Positions 63,691 to 64,000 of a stretch of 64,000 bases of DNA are shown here, piece by piece. The DNA lies in the NCBI GenBank assembly GCA_013239625.1, contig MU054122.1:398773-462772 (forward strand), in the 5' to 3' direction. This DNA is from Lama guanicoe. Its lineage: Eukaryota. The notes beneath the pieces were generated by a model. That model worked only from the letters and a program-made list of their open reading frames with translations. It had not been told where the DNA came from and ran no database searches. Every line of letters begins with the position of its first letter. Position 1 is the stretch's first letter. A program made the position numbers and the translations under genes.

Positions 63691-64000
63691 GCGCCCGGAA
63701 CATCTCTAGCTAGGACGCGGCTGCAGGCTGCGGAGGCACCGGCGCGGACGCCACGCTTCAGGTGGGCCGGCGTGCGGGCCTGGCCGCGAAGCCTCGCCCC
63801 CGGTGCTTCGCCCGCCGCTCGGAACGCGCAGTCGCGCCTCAGCGCCGCAGCGATCGGCCGACCGCCACCCCCCGCGCGCCTCTGCGCAGCCCCGGTATGC
63901 CTCGCGAGCGTCCCCTTCCGAGCGGAGAGGCCACCTTCTCGCTCCTCGGCCTGGCCTCCGGGAAGAATCGGGAGCGGACCCTGGCGCCTCGGCCGCCGGC
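63690..64000. promoter_or_regulatory. Start of a CpG island running off the window edge
   Basis: Abrupt switch to very GC- and CpG-rich sequence. Confidence 0.7.

Overview
Mammalian genomic DNA, most likely camelid (alpaca, llama or camel), judged by recurrent tRNA-Ala-derived Vic-1-type SINEs and young L1 3' ends. The window is repeat-dense (L1, L2, MIR, MaLR/ERVL/ERV1 LTRs, Tigger/hAT MITEs), and I found no intact protein-coding gene. Main non-routine elements: (1) an apparently full-length, intronless, CpG-rich CSGALNACT1 processed pseudogene (~48505-51827) with poly(A) and a 13-bp TSD, inserted in an MLT2 LTR; three frameshifts cancel out, leaving a 313-aa ORF from the native ATG; (2) a ~4-kb interstitial 16/19-mer satellite (13110-17165) with higher-order blocks and an internal ~1.46-kb inversion; (3) a young ERV1-type solo LTR with a perfect 4-bp TSD; (4) a tailless 180-bp orphan insertion with a 15-bp TSD; (5) a CpG island abutting an L1 endonuclease remnant at the right edge. 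Repeat subfamily names come from visual recognition and need RepeatMasker/Dfam confirmation. I see no convincing evidence of a wholly new biological system; the retrocopy ORF and the satellite are the best leads.
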